A DNA stretch of 61,908 nt, counting the filler, from Deltaproteobacteria bacterium (lineage in GTDB: Bacteria > JAUYMQ01), in NCBI GenBank assembly GCA_030698575.1. It is 11 parts of 11 records of this genome, joined end to end, with 100 filler letters (N's around TTAATTAATTAA, not from the genome) between each part and the next. Parts side by side here need not be neighbours in the genome. Positions count along the whole stretch, not along the records: positions 37,844 to 47,214 come from JAUYMQ010000579.1; positions 47,315 to 52,698 come from JAUYMQ010000584.1; 9 more parts are not named here. The stretch is one strand, 5' to 3'. Position 1 is the stretch's first letter; each line of letters opens with the position of its first letter. Positions 41,505-52,698 of this stretch are shown here, piece after piece. The notes beneath the pieces are model-generated. The model saw only the letters and a program-made list of their open reading frames with translations, was not told where the DNA came from and did no database searches. The translations under genes and the position numbers were made by a program.

Positions 41505-43199
41505 ATGGACGATCGGCTGGGCAATCTCCTCATTCGAAGCAACCTCATCACCAGGGAGCAGCTGGTGAGGGCGCTCGAGGAGCAGAAGCTCTCGGGCGGA
41601 CGCCTCGGCGCTCAGATCGTCAAGCTCGGCTATCTCAAGGACGACGAACTCGTCTCTTTCCTTTCCAAGCAATACGGCGTTCCGTCCGTCGACCTGGCGG
41701 AGTTCGAGGTCGACGAGAGCGTCATCAGGCTGGTTCCCGAGGACGTCGCGAACAAGCATCAGATCATCCCGATCAACCGCGCGGGTTCGACTCTGATCAT
41801 CGCGATGTCCGATCCCTCGAACATCTTCGCCATCGACGACATCAAGTTCCTCACCGGCTACAACGTCGAAGTCGTCGTTGCCTCCGACGCATCCATCCGG
41901 GAGGCGATCGACAAGTACTACGATCAGTCCGCGAGTCTCACCTCGGTCATGAGCGACCTCGATGATATCGATCTCGAGGTCGTCGACGACTCGGAGGACG
42001 TCGATGTCAGGGAACTGGCGAAGGCGACCGAGGATGCGCCGGTCGTGAAGCTTGTGAACCTGATTCTCACCGACGCCGTCAGGAAGCTCGCCAGCGACAT
42101 CCACATCGAGCCCTACGAGAAGGAATTCAGGGTCCGCTACCGGATTGACGGCGTGCTCTACGAGATGATGCGGCCGCCCCTCAAGCTCAAGAACGCCATT
42201 ACGAGCCGAATCAAGATCATGAGCGAGCTCGATATTGCCGAGCGCCGCCTTCCCCAGGACGGAAGAATCAAGCTGAAGCTCGGCAAGGGCAAGGAGATGG
42301 ACTATCGCGTGAGCGTTCTCCCCACGCTTTTCGGGGAGAAGGTCGTGATGCGGCTCCTCGACAAGTCGACCCTCCAGCTGGACATGACAAAGCTCGGCTT
42401 CGAGGAGAGCGCCCTCAGGGACTTCAAGAATTCGATCCACCAGCCGTTCGGGATGGTCCTGGTAACGGGGCCCACGGGAAGCGGCAAGACCACCACGCTC
42501 TACTCGGCGCTCTCCGAGCTGAACAAGATCAGCGAGAACATTTCGACGGCCGAGGATCCGGTCGAGTTCAACCTGATGGGAATCAACCAGGTCCAGATGC
42601 ACGAGGAAATTGGCCTCAACTTCGCGGCGTCGCTGCGCTCCTTCCTGCGACAGGACCCCGACATCATCATGGTGGGTGAGATTCGAGACTTCGAGACCGC
42701 GGAGATCGCCGTGAAGGCGGCGCTCACCGGCCACATGCTTCTCTCCACGCTTCACACCAATGACGCCCCGAGCACGATCAACCGGCTCCTCAACATGGGC
42801 GTCGAGCCCTTTCTGGTCTCGTCTTCCCTGAACTGCGTGGTTGCCCAGCGGCTCGCGCGCTGCGTCTGCCAGGATTGTGTGGGCGAAGAGGAGGTGAGCC
42901 CCCAGGCGCTCATCGATATCGGGGTGCCCCCCGAGGAGGCGCCCAATCTCAAAGTTTACAAGGGCAGCGGTTGTCCGAACTGCTCGAACACCGGATATCG
43001 GGGCCGGAAGGCGATTTACGAAGTCATGTCAGTAGGAGAGGAAATCAAGGAATTCATCCTGAACGGAGCTTCGGCGGCCGAGATCAAGCGGGAGGCCATC
43101 CGTCTCGGGATGAAAACGCTCCGGCAGAGCGCCCTCACCAAGCTCGCCGAAGGGGTTACCACGGTTAGCGAAGTGCTTCGCGTCTCGGCGAGCGATTGA
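41505..43199 (+). CDS. pilB: Type IV-A pilus assembly ATPase
   Basis: ASDIHIEP, RRLPQDGR, GPTGSGKT, LRQDPD, CxxC...CxxC. Confidence 0.96.
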   Translation: MDDRLGNLLIRSNLITREQLVRALEEQKLSGGRLGAQIVKLGYLKDDELVSFLSKQYGVPSVDLAEFEVDESVIRLVPEDVANKHQIIPINRAGSTLIIAMSDPSNIFAIDDIKFLTGYNVEVVVASDASIREAIDKYYDQSASLTSVMSDLDDIDLEVVDDSEDVDVRELAKATEDAPVVKLVNLILTDAVRKLASDIHIEPYEKEFRVRYRIDGVLYEMMRPPLKLKNAITSRIKIMSELDIAERRLPQDGRIKLKLGKGKEMDYRVSVLPTLFGEKVVMRLLDKSTLQLDMTKLGFEESALRDFKNSIHQPFGMVLVTGPTGSGKTTTLYSALSELNKISENISTAEDPVEFNLMGINQVQMHEEIGLNFAASLRSFLRQDPDIIMVGEIRDFETAEIAVKAALTGHMLLSTLHTNDAPSTINRLLNMGVEPFLVSSSLNCVVAQRLARCVCQDCVGEEEVSPQALIDIGVPPEEAPNLKVYKGSGCPNCSNTGYRGRKAIYEVMSVGEEIKEFILNGASAAEIKREAIRLGMKTLRQSALTKLAEGVTTVSEVLRVSASD

Positions 43200-43250
43200 T
43201 CAGCCGGCGCGGCCCCCGGGCCGCCCAGGCACAGGAGTGGAGATCAAGCG

Positions 43251-44345
43251 ATGCCTAACCTTCATCAATTACTTAAGGCCATGATCGAGAAAGGGGCCTC
43301 GGATCTCCATGTAACCACCGGGAGCCCGCCTCAGCTGCGGATCGACGGCAAGATGATCCCGCTCAAGACGGCTCCGCTGAGTGCGTCCGAGACCAAGCAG
43401 CTCTGCTACTCGATCCTCACCGACTCGCAGAAGCACAAGTTCGAGGAGAGCAACGAGCTCGATCTCTCCTTCGGCGTGAAGGGGCTCTCGCGATTCCGCG
43501 CGAACGTCTTCACCCAGCGGGGCGCGGTTGCAGGGGCCTTCCGGACGATCCCCTTCCGGATCCTGACCTTCGAGGAGCTGGGCGTTCCGCCGGTTGTGGC
43601 CGAACTTGCGCGGAAACCGCGGGGCCTCGTACTGGTGACCGGGCCGACGGGATCGGGAAAGACAACGACCCTTGCGGCGATCATCGACAAGATCAACACC
43701 GAGCGGAACGAGCACATCATCACGATCGAGGATCCGATCGAGTACCTGCATGCCCACAAAGGATGTGTGGTGAACCAGCGGGAAGTCGGGGCTGATACGG
43801 TCTCCTTCAAGAACGCCCTGAAGTACATCCTGAGGCAGGACCCCGACGTTGTCCTCATCGGCGAGATGCGGGATCTCGAGACCATCGAGTCGGCGCTCGT
43901 GGTCGCCGAAACGGGCCACCTGGCGTTCGCGACGCTTCACACGAACAGCGCCGTTCAGACGATCAACCGGATTATCGACGTGTTCCCTCCCTACCAGCAG
44001 CCCCAGGTCCGCGCCCAGCTCTCCTTTGTTCTCGAAGGCGTGGTGTCGCAGACGCTGATACCCAAGGCCGACGGTTCGGGGCGGGCGCTGGCGCTCGAAG
44101 TGATGGTGCCGAACGCGGCCATCCGGAACCTCATCCGGGAGGACAAGGTTCACCAGATCTACTCTCAGATGCAGGTGGGGCAGGACAAGTTCGGCATGCA
44201 AACGATGAACCAGTGCCTCGCGATTCTCTACAAGAAACACCTCATCACCCTCGAGGACGCCTTCGGCCGCACGTCCGATCCGGACGAGCTCCGAAACCTC
44301 ATCGGCGAGGGAACGGCCCCCGTGACGGCGCGTCGCAGGGCTTGA
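43251..44345 (+). CDS. pilT: Type IV pilus retraction ATPase
   Basis: GPTGSGKT, EDPIE, AIRNLIRE, GMQTM. Confidence 0.97.
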   Translation: MPNLHQLLKAMIEKGASDLHVTTGSPPQLRIDGKMIPLKTAPLSASETKQLCYSILTDSQKHKFEESNELDLSFGVKGLSRFRANVFTQRGAVAGAFRTIPFRILTFEELGVPPVVAELARKPRGLVLVTGPTGSGKTTTLAAIIDKINTERNEHIITIEDPIEYLHAHKGCVVNQREVGADTVSFKNALKYILRQDPDVVLIGEMRDLETIESALVVAETGHLAFATLHTNSAVQTINRIIDVFPPYQQPQVRAQLSFVLEGVVSQTLIPKADGSGRALALEVMVPNAAIRNLIREDKVHQIYSQMQVGQDKFGMQTMNQCLAILYKKHLITLEDAFGRTSDPDELRNLIGEGTAPVTARRRA

Positions 44346-44395
44346 GAAACCAGGGAGTCGCCTGACCGGCGGGCGGCTTCGGGGAGGAAGCAACA

Positions 44396-45604
44396 ATGCC
44401 AGTATTCGTTTGGGAAGCCAGGAACCGGAGCGGAGTTTCCCGCAAGGGCGAGTTCGAAGCGGCCGACGAGGCCGCGGCGGTTTCGCACCTCAAGGGACAG
44501 ATGCTCACCGGGATCAACGTCAAGCCCAAGGGCTTCAACGTCGACTTCGCCAACATCACCTTCGGCGCGAAGATAAAAACGAGGGAACTGGTGGTCTTCA
44601 CACGCCAGTTCGCCACCATGATCGACGCGGGCCTCCCGCTCGTTCAATGCCTCGACATCATCGCGTCGCAGCAGGAGAACAAGTTCTTCAAAAAGAGCCT
44701 GTTTCAGGTCAAGGAGGATGTGGAGTCGGGCGCGACCTTCGCCGATTCGCTCAGGAAGCACAAGGATATCTTCGACGATCTGTACGTGAACCTCGTGGCC
44801 GCGGGCGAAGTGGGCGGTATTCTCGACACCATTCTCAACCGCCTCGCCGCCTACCTCGAGAAGATGGACAAGCTCAAGCGCCAGATCAAGGGAGCGCTGG
44901 TCTATCCGACGTCCGTTCTCGTGGTGGCCATCGGCGTCGTGGCGGCCATGCTCATCTGGGTGATCCCCGTCTTCCGGCAGATGTTCGAGGACTTCGGAGG
45001 CACGCTCCCCCTCCCCACCCAGATCGTGATCACCATCAGCGACTTTCTGCGGGGCAACCTCATCTATATGATCGTCGGGATCGTGCTCGCGATCTCGGGC
45101 CTCCGGCGCTATTACGGAACGGCGCAGGGGAGGAAGGTAATCGACCAGCTCCTTCTGAAGCTCCCCATAATCGGGCCGCTCATCCAGAAAGTGGCCATCG
45201 CCCGATTCAGCCGAACGCTCGGAACCATGCTCAGTTCGGGTGTCCCCATTCTCGACGCCCTCGACGTCGTGGCCAGGACCGCCGGGAACAAGATCGTCGA
45301 GCTCGAGGTGTACAAGGCCCGTGAGAGCATCGCCTCGGGCAAGACCATCGCGGAGCCCCTGGGTGAGAGCAAGGTGTTTCCGTCCATGGTGGTCCAGATG
45401 GTCGCGGTGGGCGAATCGACGGGCGCCATGGATACAATGCTTGCCAAGGTCGCCGACTTTTACGAGAACGAGGTGGACGCCGCCGTCGCCGCCCTTACTT
45501 CGCTTCTTGAACCGATGCTCATGGTGTTCCTGGGCGGGACCGTCGGTGGCCTGCTCGTCGCCATGTATCTGCCGATCTTCAAGATCGCCGATACGGTCGG
45601 CTGA
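44396..45604 (+). CDS. pilC: Type IV pilus platform protein
   Basis: FTRQFATMIDAGLPL, AGEVGGILD, MYLPIF. Confidence 0.95.
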   Translation: MPVFVWEARNRSGVSRKGEFEAADEAAAVSHLKGQMLTGINVKPKGFNVDFANITFGAKIKTRELVVFTRQFATMIDAGLPLVQCLDIIASQQENKFFKKSLFQVKEDVESGATFADSLRKHKDIFDDLYVNLVAAGEVGGILDTILNRLAAYLEKMDKLKRQIKGALVYPTSVLVVAIGVVAAMLIWVIPVFRQMFEDFGGTLPLPTQIVITISDFLRGNLIYMIVGIVLAISGLRRYYGTAQGRKVIDQLLLKLPIIGPLIQKVAIARFSRTLGTMLSSGVPILDALDVVARTAGNKIVELEVYKARESIASGKTIAEPLGESKVFPSMVVQMVAVGESTGAMDTMLAKVADFYENEVDAAVAALTSLLEPMLMVFLGGTVGGLLVAMYLPIFKIADTVG

Positions 45605-47214
45605 TGAGTGGTGCGCAGCAGGTAGAAAGCATGACGGGGGCGCCTGGGAAGGAGGATCTCGGGCGCCCTCTTCAGTGGATCATCGTGCTGCGCGTGGTGG
45701 TGGCCTCCGTCCTTCTGGTGACGCTGGCGCTGCTGCAGGCGGCCCGCTCCAGCCAGCTTCTCGAAGATTCCCTGCCGCTGCTCCAGCTCCTGGGAAGCGG
45801 CGTCTTTCTGGCCACCGGCTGCTACGCCTTCGCCATATGGCGGCGATGGAACCTCGGCCGGCTGGGCGTTGTGCAGCTCGGCGGCGATCTCGTCTTCATC
45901 ACGTCGCTGCAATACGTCACCGGCGGGATCGATAGCGGATTCTCCTTCCTCTACCTGTTGGCCATCATCGCGGGCGCTTTCCTCTTTCACGGCAGGGGCG
46001 CCTTCGCCATGGCCATTGGCAGCACTCTGGCCTACGGCGGGCTGGTCGGCGGCCAGGCTTCGGGCTGGGTCCACGTGCCGCGGCTTTTCGTAAATCCCGT
46101 CCTGGAAATGGGGTTCTGGGACTTCCTTACCAACATCTGTTTCAACTCCGCCGTCTTTTTCGTGATGGCCCTGCTCTGCGGGTACTTTGCGGAGCAGCTC
46201 CGCGCCACACACCTGCAACTCCGGGTCAAGGAGAAAACCCTCGAGAGTCTCCGGGCGCTGACGCACCAGATAGTCACGAGCATGGGATCGGGGCTGCTGA
46301 CGATCGACGCGGGCGACCGAGTCTCGTTCATCAATGCAACCGGAGAGAGGCTGCTGGGGATCGGCGCCGGCGGGGCGCTGGGACGGGGTCTGCGCCAGGT
46401 GCTCCCCGACATCTCCGAGCCTCCGCCCGGCGGACCGCTCCCCGGACGCCTGGAGGTCGGGCACGAGCGCCCCGACGGGGTCTCGCTTCACCTGGGCTGC
46501 TCTTTCTCGCCGCTCAACGGCGTGCCGGGGGGGCGCATCCTCATATTCCAGGATCTAACGGAAGTGAAGGCCGCCGAGGAATCCGCGCGCAGGAACGAGC
46601 GGCTTGCCGCGGTCGGCGCGCTTTCCGCAGCCATGGCCCACGAGATCCGGAACCCCCTCGCGTCGATGCGCGGATCCATCGAGATGCTCTCGAAGGAGCT
46701 GCAGCTGACTGACTACCAGGGCCGCCTCATGGCGATTGTGCTTCGCGAGGCTGACCGCCTGAATCGGCTTCTGACCGAGTTTCTCCAGTTTGCGAAGCCT
46801 CAGGAGACAAAGCCCCGCCCGGTGAACCTCGGTGGCCTCATTCGAGAGAGCGCCGAAGTGTTTCTCCAGGAGCAGCGCGAGGGTTCCCGCCTCGAAATCC
46901 AGATCGACGTGCCGGCCGGGATTACCGTAGCCGGGGACGCGGGGCAGCTCCGCCAGGTGGCCTGGAACCTGTTCCTCAACGCGCGGGACGCGATGAAGGG
47001 CTCGGGAAAGGTGAGAGTTTCCGCCCGGTCGGCGCCTGGGGAGGCTCAAGAATCGGGGATGGCTTCCCGAAAAGAGATCGGGGGGGTCGTGCCCGGCTGG
47101 GTCGAGCTCTGCTTCGAGGACAGCGGGGCTGGAATCCCCGCTGAGGCCATCCACCGGATCTTCGAACCTTTCTTCACGACGAAGGAGCAGGGAACGGGGC
47201 TGGGACTTGCGACG
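45604..47214 (+). CDS. pilS: Sensor histidine kinase, PilS-like (3'-truncated)
   Basis: TM region, PAS, AHEIRNPL, FEPFFTTK..GTGLGL; follows pilBTC. Confidence 0.85.
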
Positions 47215-47314
47215 NNNNNNNNNNNNNNNNNNNNNNNNNNNNNNNNNNNNNNNNNNNNTTAATTAATTAANNNNNNNNNNNNNNNNNNNNNNNNNNNNNN
47301 NNNNNNNNNNNNNN

Positions 47315-49243
47315 CGGCTGGTTGAGCAGTTCCATGTAGGCCAGGTACAGATCCTCGCCGAGGTGCTCGCGCAGTCGCCGCTCCATGAACTCGGCGAAGA
47401 AGACGTGCCAGATGGCGCTCGCGACGCTGTCGGTTGCGCACGCGCCGTCCCACGCGACGAGGCGCTTCCAGGCCTCGCGCACGATGGAGTCCTCGCACCA
47501 CCGCTCGACGTCGTCCGAAGCCAGCACGTCCTTGATGAACTCGCGGGCCTGCACCGCCACCACGTCCATGTGCATCCGCGCCATGTCGGTCAGGGTGTGC
47601 TTCTCGCGCTCGGCGATCATCTCCTTGATCCGCATCACGCGGTACGGCGGCTCCCAGAGGTCGGTGATGTAGAAGGGGTAGCTGTCGTCCACGACCTTGT
47701 TGTTTGCCGTGGCCACGTACCCCTCGTCGGGGTTGAGAACGCGCGGGTGGAGAGCATAGGGAACGAACCCGGCCCACTCGTTCTCTTCGACGGGGCGCCC
47801 GTCGATCGGGAGAAGCCCCTTGCCGCCCCGCCGCAGCGGGATCTTGCCGGCCATGGCGTAGCCGATGTTTCCCTCGACGTCGGCGTAGACCATGTTCAGC
47901 GGCGAGCCGCCGTACCCCTCCATCGCTTCGACGGCCTCGGTCCAGTTGTTGGCGTAGTTCAGGCGGTAGAAGTTCTCGAAGTCCGACGACGGCTCGTGGG
48001 CGCACCACTTGAGCGCGAGCACGTCGCGCGCCACCCCGGGGCAAACGCGCCCCGCCACCGTGTCGGTGATCACCGGGCCGTGGCGCGTGATGCGCACGTC
48101 GCGCGTTTCGTCCTTGCCCCCCTTGACCTTGTAGAACTCCCGCCGGATCTCCATGTCCACCCAGTCGTCTCCCGCGCGGTAGCGCCGCGTGTCCTCCGGG
48201 TGAACTTCCTCGACGTAGATGTCGGCGTCGTCGGCCATGACGTTGGTCATGCCCCAGGCGATCTTCGCGTTGTGGCCGATGACGACGCCCGGCGCGCCCG
48301 GGAGTGAAGAGCCGATGACGTTCAACCCCTCGGCGTCGACATTCAGGTGGTTCAGGTACCACACACTCGGCGTGAGCAGCAGCAGGTGCGGATCGCTGCA
48401 GAGGAAGGGCTGCCCGGTGACGGTGCGCGATCCCGCCAGGGCCCAGGCGTTGCTGCCTAGATGCGCGCCGCCGCCGCCCACGTATTCGCGGAAGTGCTGC
48501 TCGAGCGCCATCACCTCGCGCAGATCCAGGCCGTGCACCGGAACCGGATGCTTCAAACGCGTCGTCACAGGGCCGTCCGCCGGGTAGGTGGGGAAGAGGT
48601 CGCGCAGCTTGCGGTCGTGTTCGGGGAATCGCTCGCGGAGCCCCTCGAGCGCGAGGATGGTCCGCATGGAGGTAGAGAGCTGGAGCGAAAGCAGTTTCGA
48701 GATGGCGATGGTGTCGGTGGCGGTCCAGGGCTCTGGCTCGTAGCGCAGCAGCTTGAATTCCACCGGGAGCTTCTTGCCGCACCGCTCGATGTAGTCGTTG
48801 ACCCCCCGGACGTAGGCCTCGATGCAGCTCACCATGCGGTCCGAGTAAGCTTTGACCGACTCCTCCGCCGCCTGCGCCAGCCCGAGGACCCGGATGAAAT
48901 GATCCATGTCGACCATCGTGGCGCCCTTCAGATGAACTGTCAGATCCTCCCACGGCGCGTCGACGGGCCCCACGATCTCCGCCAGCCGGCCGGTTGCCGC
49001 GCGGCGCGAGAAGTCCATCTGGAACAGCCGGTCCTGCGCGTGCACGAAACCCTGGGCGCGGAGGCCATCCAGTTCGTTCTCGGCGTAGATGTGCGGGACG
49101 GCGCTCTCGTCGCGGTACACGCGCACGGGCCCGCCCAGATCGCGAAGCGTGATCTCGCCGCGGGTCATCGGGAGGGAAGGGCGCGCAAGGCGTCGGAGGA
49201 CGGGCTCGAGGACGGTGGAGAAGATTCGGGTGACCAGGTTCAT
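47315..49243 (-). CDS. Penicillin acylase family Ntn-hydrolase (3'-truncated)
   Basis: VPHIYA, GFVHAQDRLFQMD, GSNAW, DPHL, ATANN. Confidence 0.93.
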
Positions 49244-49740
49244 CAATTGTCTCCAGCGGCAGGTTTGCCCATGAGGGTGTCGATTCCCGAGCTCTTTCGC
49301 CGGCCGGCGGGAGCGGATTCGCGCATCACCTCCGACACGCCCATCAGATCCCGGTTCTCCCCCTCGCCGCCCGGCGCCCCGTCGGCCCCCAGAGTGAAAG
49401 CCATGCCGCGGCCGTTTTCGAGAACCTCGTACGCGTAGGGCCGGTTCCACGGATCGACGAGCGGGTCGGCGCCGCGCGCTTCGATGTAGGGACCGCGCCA
49501 GATCTCGGCGGTAAACTCGTACGGAGCCAAGATGAGCGCCCCGATCCCCTCGCTCAAAGTGGGGTAGCGCCCCGTGTCGATTGTGAAGCGCTCGAGCCCC
49601 ATCTGGATCGCGCCGAGCTGGCGCTGGGCCCGGATGGCCGGGTCATGGGCGCCCTCGGAAAGCTGGCGGCGGGCCAGGAGGAGCGCCGCCGCGCCGCCGG
49701 CGAGAAAGAGCACGAGCAGGATGATTCGGGAAGAGAGCAT
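49243..49740 (-). CDS. GspG-like pseudopilin domain protein
   Basis: DTGRYPT..EG..AL, WRGPYI, DPWNRPYAY, TLGADGAPGGEGENRD. Confidence 0.8.
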   Translation of the reverse strand: MLSSRIILLVLFLAGGAAALLLARRQLSEGAHDPAIRAQRQLGAIQMGLERFTIDTGRYPTLSEGIGALILAPYEFTAEIWRGPYIEARGADPLVDPWNRPYAYEVLENGRGMAFTLGADGAPGGEGENRDLMGVSEVMRESAPAGRRKSSGIDTLMGKPAAGDN

Positions 49741-49994
49741 AAGGGGTCGAAAAACAAGATGATTTGGCTTCGTTGCGCCGGCTCCGGGAAACCCTTTCCC
49801 GCGCCTGCCAGTGCCGCTTTATCGCCTGAAAGCTTATACACCCGCGCGATGCCCCTCTCAAGTCGCGAACGGCGGGGGGCCGCGGTGTCCCCTGCTCAAG
49901 TAGCCCCCGGGAGGGCCGATAAGCGCTCCGTGAGCCGGAGGCGCGGTGCGTCCGGCGCGGGCCGGCCGGCCTCTGAACGACCAGGAGGGTTCCG

Positions 49995-50354
49995 ATGGGC
50001 AACGAGCAGGCGGCGGAGCGGCGAAAGTATCCCCGCATACCGTCGAGCGATGTCGTTTCTTTCAGTGAGCGCGATGCGATGGAGCACCTGGGCGTGTCGA
50101 AGGACTTCAGCCCCGGGGGCATCCGCTTCTTCGCGACCGGTTGCGAGATCGACATGGGCACGGTCGTGGAGATCAACTTCTATGTCGGCAAGACCTTCGT
50201 GTCGGCCGTCGGGAAGGTGGTGCACGCGACCGACGTCGATGCGCTGACCCAGGACGTCGGCATCGAGTTCGTCGAACTGGACTCCGTCGCCACCGCGATC
50301 CTCAAGAACTACTATCACGAGAACGCGGCCAAGGCCGGCACCGACGCCGCCTGA
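49995..50354 (+). CDS. PilZ domain protein
   Basis: ERRKYPR and DFSPGG motifs. Confidence 0.88.
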   Translation: MGNEQAAERRKYPRIPSSDVVSFSERDAMEHLGVSKDFSPGGIRFFATGCEIDMGTVVEINFYVGKTFVSAVGKVVHATDVDALTQDVGIEFVELDSVATAILKNYYHENAAKAGTDAA

Positions 50355-50494
50355 GCGCGCCGCCGCGCCCTCTCGGGTTCATATCAATTCTCCGAAGATT
50401 TCTCGGGGCCGGGTCCCAACCCGCAGGGCAGCGTTGGGGTCCGGCCCCGCTCTTGATCCCGCCTTCAACTTCCTGAAGCTCCTGCCGCCGCACG

Positions 50495-50653
50495 GGCCGA
50501 ACCGCCTGTCATTGCGAGGAAGGCCGAACCGCCTGTCATTGCGAGGAAGGCCGGACCGCCTGTCATTGCGAGGAAGGCCGGAGGCCTGACGACGCAATCC
50601 CCTGCGCGCTTGCCGGGAGATTGCTTCGTCGCTGCGCTCCTCGCAATGACAGG
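50495..50653. repeat. Three 27-bp tandem repeats forming the left arm of a palindromic REP-like element
   Basis: GGCCG(A/G)ACCGCCTGTCATTGCGAGGAA x3 (50495-50575); inverted copy CCTCGCAATGACAGG at 50639-50653. Confidence 0.9.
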
Positions 50654-50660
50654 TCACTCT

Positions 50661-50699
50661 CCTCTCGGTGACAGGGCTCGGGCCTCTCGGTGACAGGGC
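50661..50699. repeat. 17-bp direct repeat pair upstream of oppA
   Basis: CCTCTCGGTGACAGGGC at 50661 and 50683. Confidence 0.8.
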
Positions 50700-50837
50700 G
50701 CGCTTCTTTCCTCTTTGACAAACCTCCCCCGCCTCACGGATGATCCCCGCGATCAGGCGATGCCCGGCTCGGAAGTCCACCTCCCCCCGAACCACCAGAC
50801 GTCGCGCACGTCGTTTACCGCACCCGGAGGCTCTACG

Positions 50838-52415
50838 ATGGACCGGCGCGCGTTTCTGAGGCTCATGGCGGCGGGCGCGCTGGCCACAGCACTCCCACGC
50901 TGCGGCGGCGGCGCTTCGGGCGGCCGCCTGTTTCGGATGAACCTCCGGAGCGAGCCTCCCACGCTCGATCCCAACCTCGCCACCGACAACGTCTCGCTTC
51001 GCGTCCTGACCAACCTGATGGAGGGGCTCACCGCCTACGGCGACGGACTCCGGCCCGTGCCGGCGGCGGCCGAGCGCTGGGAGGTGCTGGATGGCGGCGC
51101 GCGCGTTCTCTTTCATCTGCGGCCCGACGGGCGCTGGAGCGACGGCGTGCCGGTGACCGCCCGCGACTTCGAGTTCTCCTGGAAACGCTTCCTCGATCCC
51201 GAAACCGCCGCCGAGTACGCCTATTTCCTCTACGACGTCGAGGGGGCCGAGGCCTACAACACGGCGAAGAGCGGCGACGCCGCGGGCGTGGGCGTGCGCG
51301 CCCTCGACGATTTGACGCTCGAGGTCCGCCTGGCGCGACCCGTCGTCTTCTTCCCGATGATCACGACCTTCATGGTGCTCTTTCCTCTTCGCCCCGACGT
51401 GATCGCGCGGCACGGCGACGCCTGGACCGAGCCCGGCCACTTTGTCGGCAACGGCCCCTTCGCGCTGGAGGCCTGGCGGCACGAGTACAAGGTCAGCCTG
51501 CGCCGGAACCCGCACTACCGCGCGGCGCCGCGCATCGAGGGGGTCGATTTCTTCATGGTAAACGAGCCCACCGTCGAGCTGACGCTCTTCGAGCGGGGCG
51601 ATCTCGATTTCGCGCTGCTGCCGATCGTCGAGATCCCGCGCTACGAGGAGAGCCCGCTGTTCCACCGGAAACCGATGCTTCGCGCGGAGTACTACGGCTT
51701 CAACTGCAAGAAGCTGCCCTTCAACGACCCGCGCGTGCGCAGAGCTTTCTCTCTTGCGATCGACCGCTCGGTGTTCCCACGCATTCTTCATGGCGGCGAG
51801 ACGCCGATGGCGAGCTGGATCCCGCCCGGCATGTTCGCGCACGAGCCGGACATCGGACTGCACTTCGACCTCGACGCCGCCCGAAGCGCGCTGGCCGAGG
51901 CCGGCTTTGCCGGCGGGCGCGGTTTCCCGCGCGTCGATCTCGCTGTCAACACGGGTGAAGAGCCCCGGAGGGTCGCCGAGAACATGCAGTCGCAGTGGAA
52001 GGAGAGCCTCGGCGTGACGGTCCGCTTGCGGAACGTCGAGTGGAAGGCCTACCTGAAGGAGATCGCCACCGATCCGCCGGGGATCTGGCGCCTCGGGTGG
52101 GGCGCCGACTATCCCGATCCGGACAACTTCATGAACCTCTTCACCGCCGCGAGCGGTAACAACCACACGCGCTGGGGCTCGGCCGAATTCGACCGCCTGG
52201 TGGCGGACGCGGCGCTGGATGCCGACAAGTCGCGCCGGAAGGCGATGTACGACGATGCGCAGCGAATTCTCTGCGCGGAGGCCGCTGCCATCATGCCGCT
52301 CTACTCGCGGGCGCATAACTTCCTGGTGTCGCCGCGGGTGGAGGGCCTCTGGATCAACGAGATGGACTACCTCTATCTCGATCGGGTGAGCGTTCGCGAG
52401 GAGGCGGAGGCGTGA
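50838..52415 (+). CDS. oppA: Oligopeptide ABC substrate-binding protein with Tat signal
   Basis: MDRRAFL Tat motif; EPPTLDP, WSDGVPVTARDF, GWGADYPDP. Confidence 0.9.
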   Translation: MDRRAFLRLMAAGALATALPRCGGGASGGRLFRMNLRSEPPTLDPNLATDNVSLRVLTNLMEGLTAYGDGLRPVPAAAERWEVLDGGARVLFHLRPDGRWSDGVPVTARDFEFSWKRFLDPETAAEYAYFLYDVEGAEAYNTAKSGDAAGVGVRALDDLTLEVRLARPVVFFPMITTFMVLFPLRPDVIARHGDAWTEPGHFVGNGPFALEAWRHEYKVSLRRNPHYRAAPRIEGVDFFMVNEPTVELTLFERGDLDFALLPIVEIPRYEESPLFHRKPMLRAEYYGFNCKKLPFNDPRVRRAFSLAIDRSVFPRILHGGETPMASWIPPGMFAHEPDIGLHFDLDAARSALAEAGFAGGRGFPRVDLAVNTGEEPRRVAENMQSQWKESLGVTVRLRNVEWKAYLKEIATDPPGIWRLGWGADYPDPDNFMNLFTAASGNNHTRWGSAEFDRLVADAALDADKSRRKAMYDDAQRILCAEAAAIMPLYSRAHNFLVSPRVEGLWINEMDYLYLDRVSVREEAEA

Positions 52416-52698
52416 CGCGCTTCGTGCTACGCCGCCTCGGCGTGGGTCTTTTCACCTTGTGGGTGGTGGCGACGCTCACCTTCTCCTTCCTGCGCGTCAT
52501 TCCCGGCGGCCCCTTCGACAAAGAGCGCGTGCTCCCGCCGGAAATTCAGGCGAACATCGAAGCGAAGTACCACCTCGACAAGCCGCTACTCACGCAGTAC
52601 GGCATCTATCTCCGGGCGCTCGCGGGGGGCGACCTGGGGCCCTCGTTCAAGTATCTCGGCCGCTCGGTGAACGACATCCTGCGCGAAAGCCTCCCGGT
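52412..52698 (+). CDS. oppB: Oligopeptide ABC permease (3'-truncated)
   Basis: IPGGPFD, YHLDKPL, GDLGPSF. Confidence 0.9.

Noticed and set aside
50495-50575. Possible CRISPR array
   Set aside because: Units are head-to-tail with no unique spacers, and no cas genes are nearby.
50379-52316. Long antisense ORFs (also 28055-29500, 41436-42755, 43269-44396, 53297-54619)
   Set aside because: GC-rich antisense shadows of well-supported genes, with no motifs of their own.
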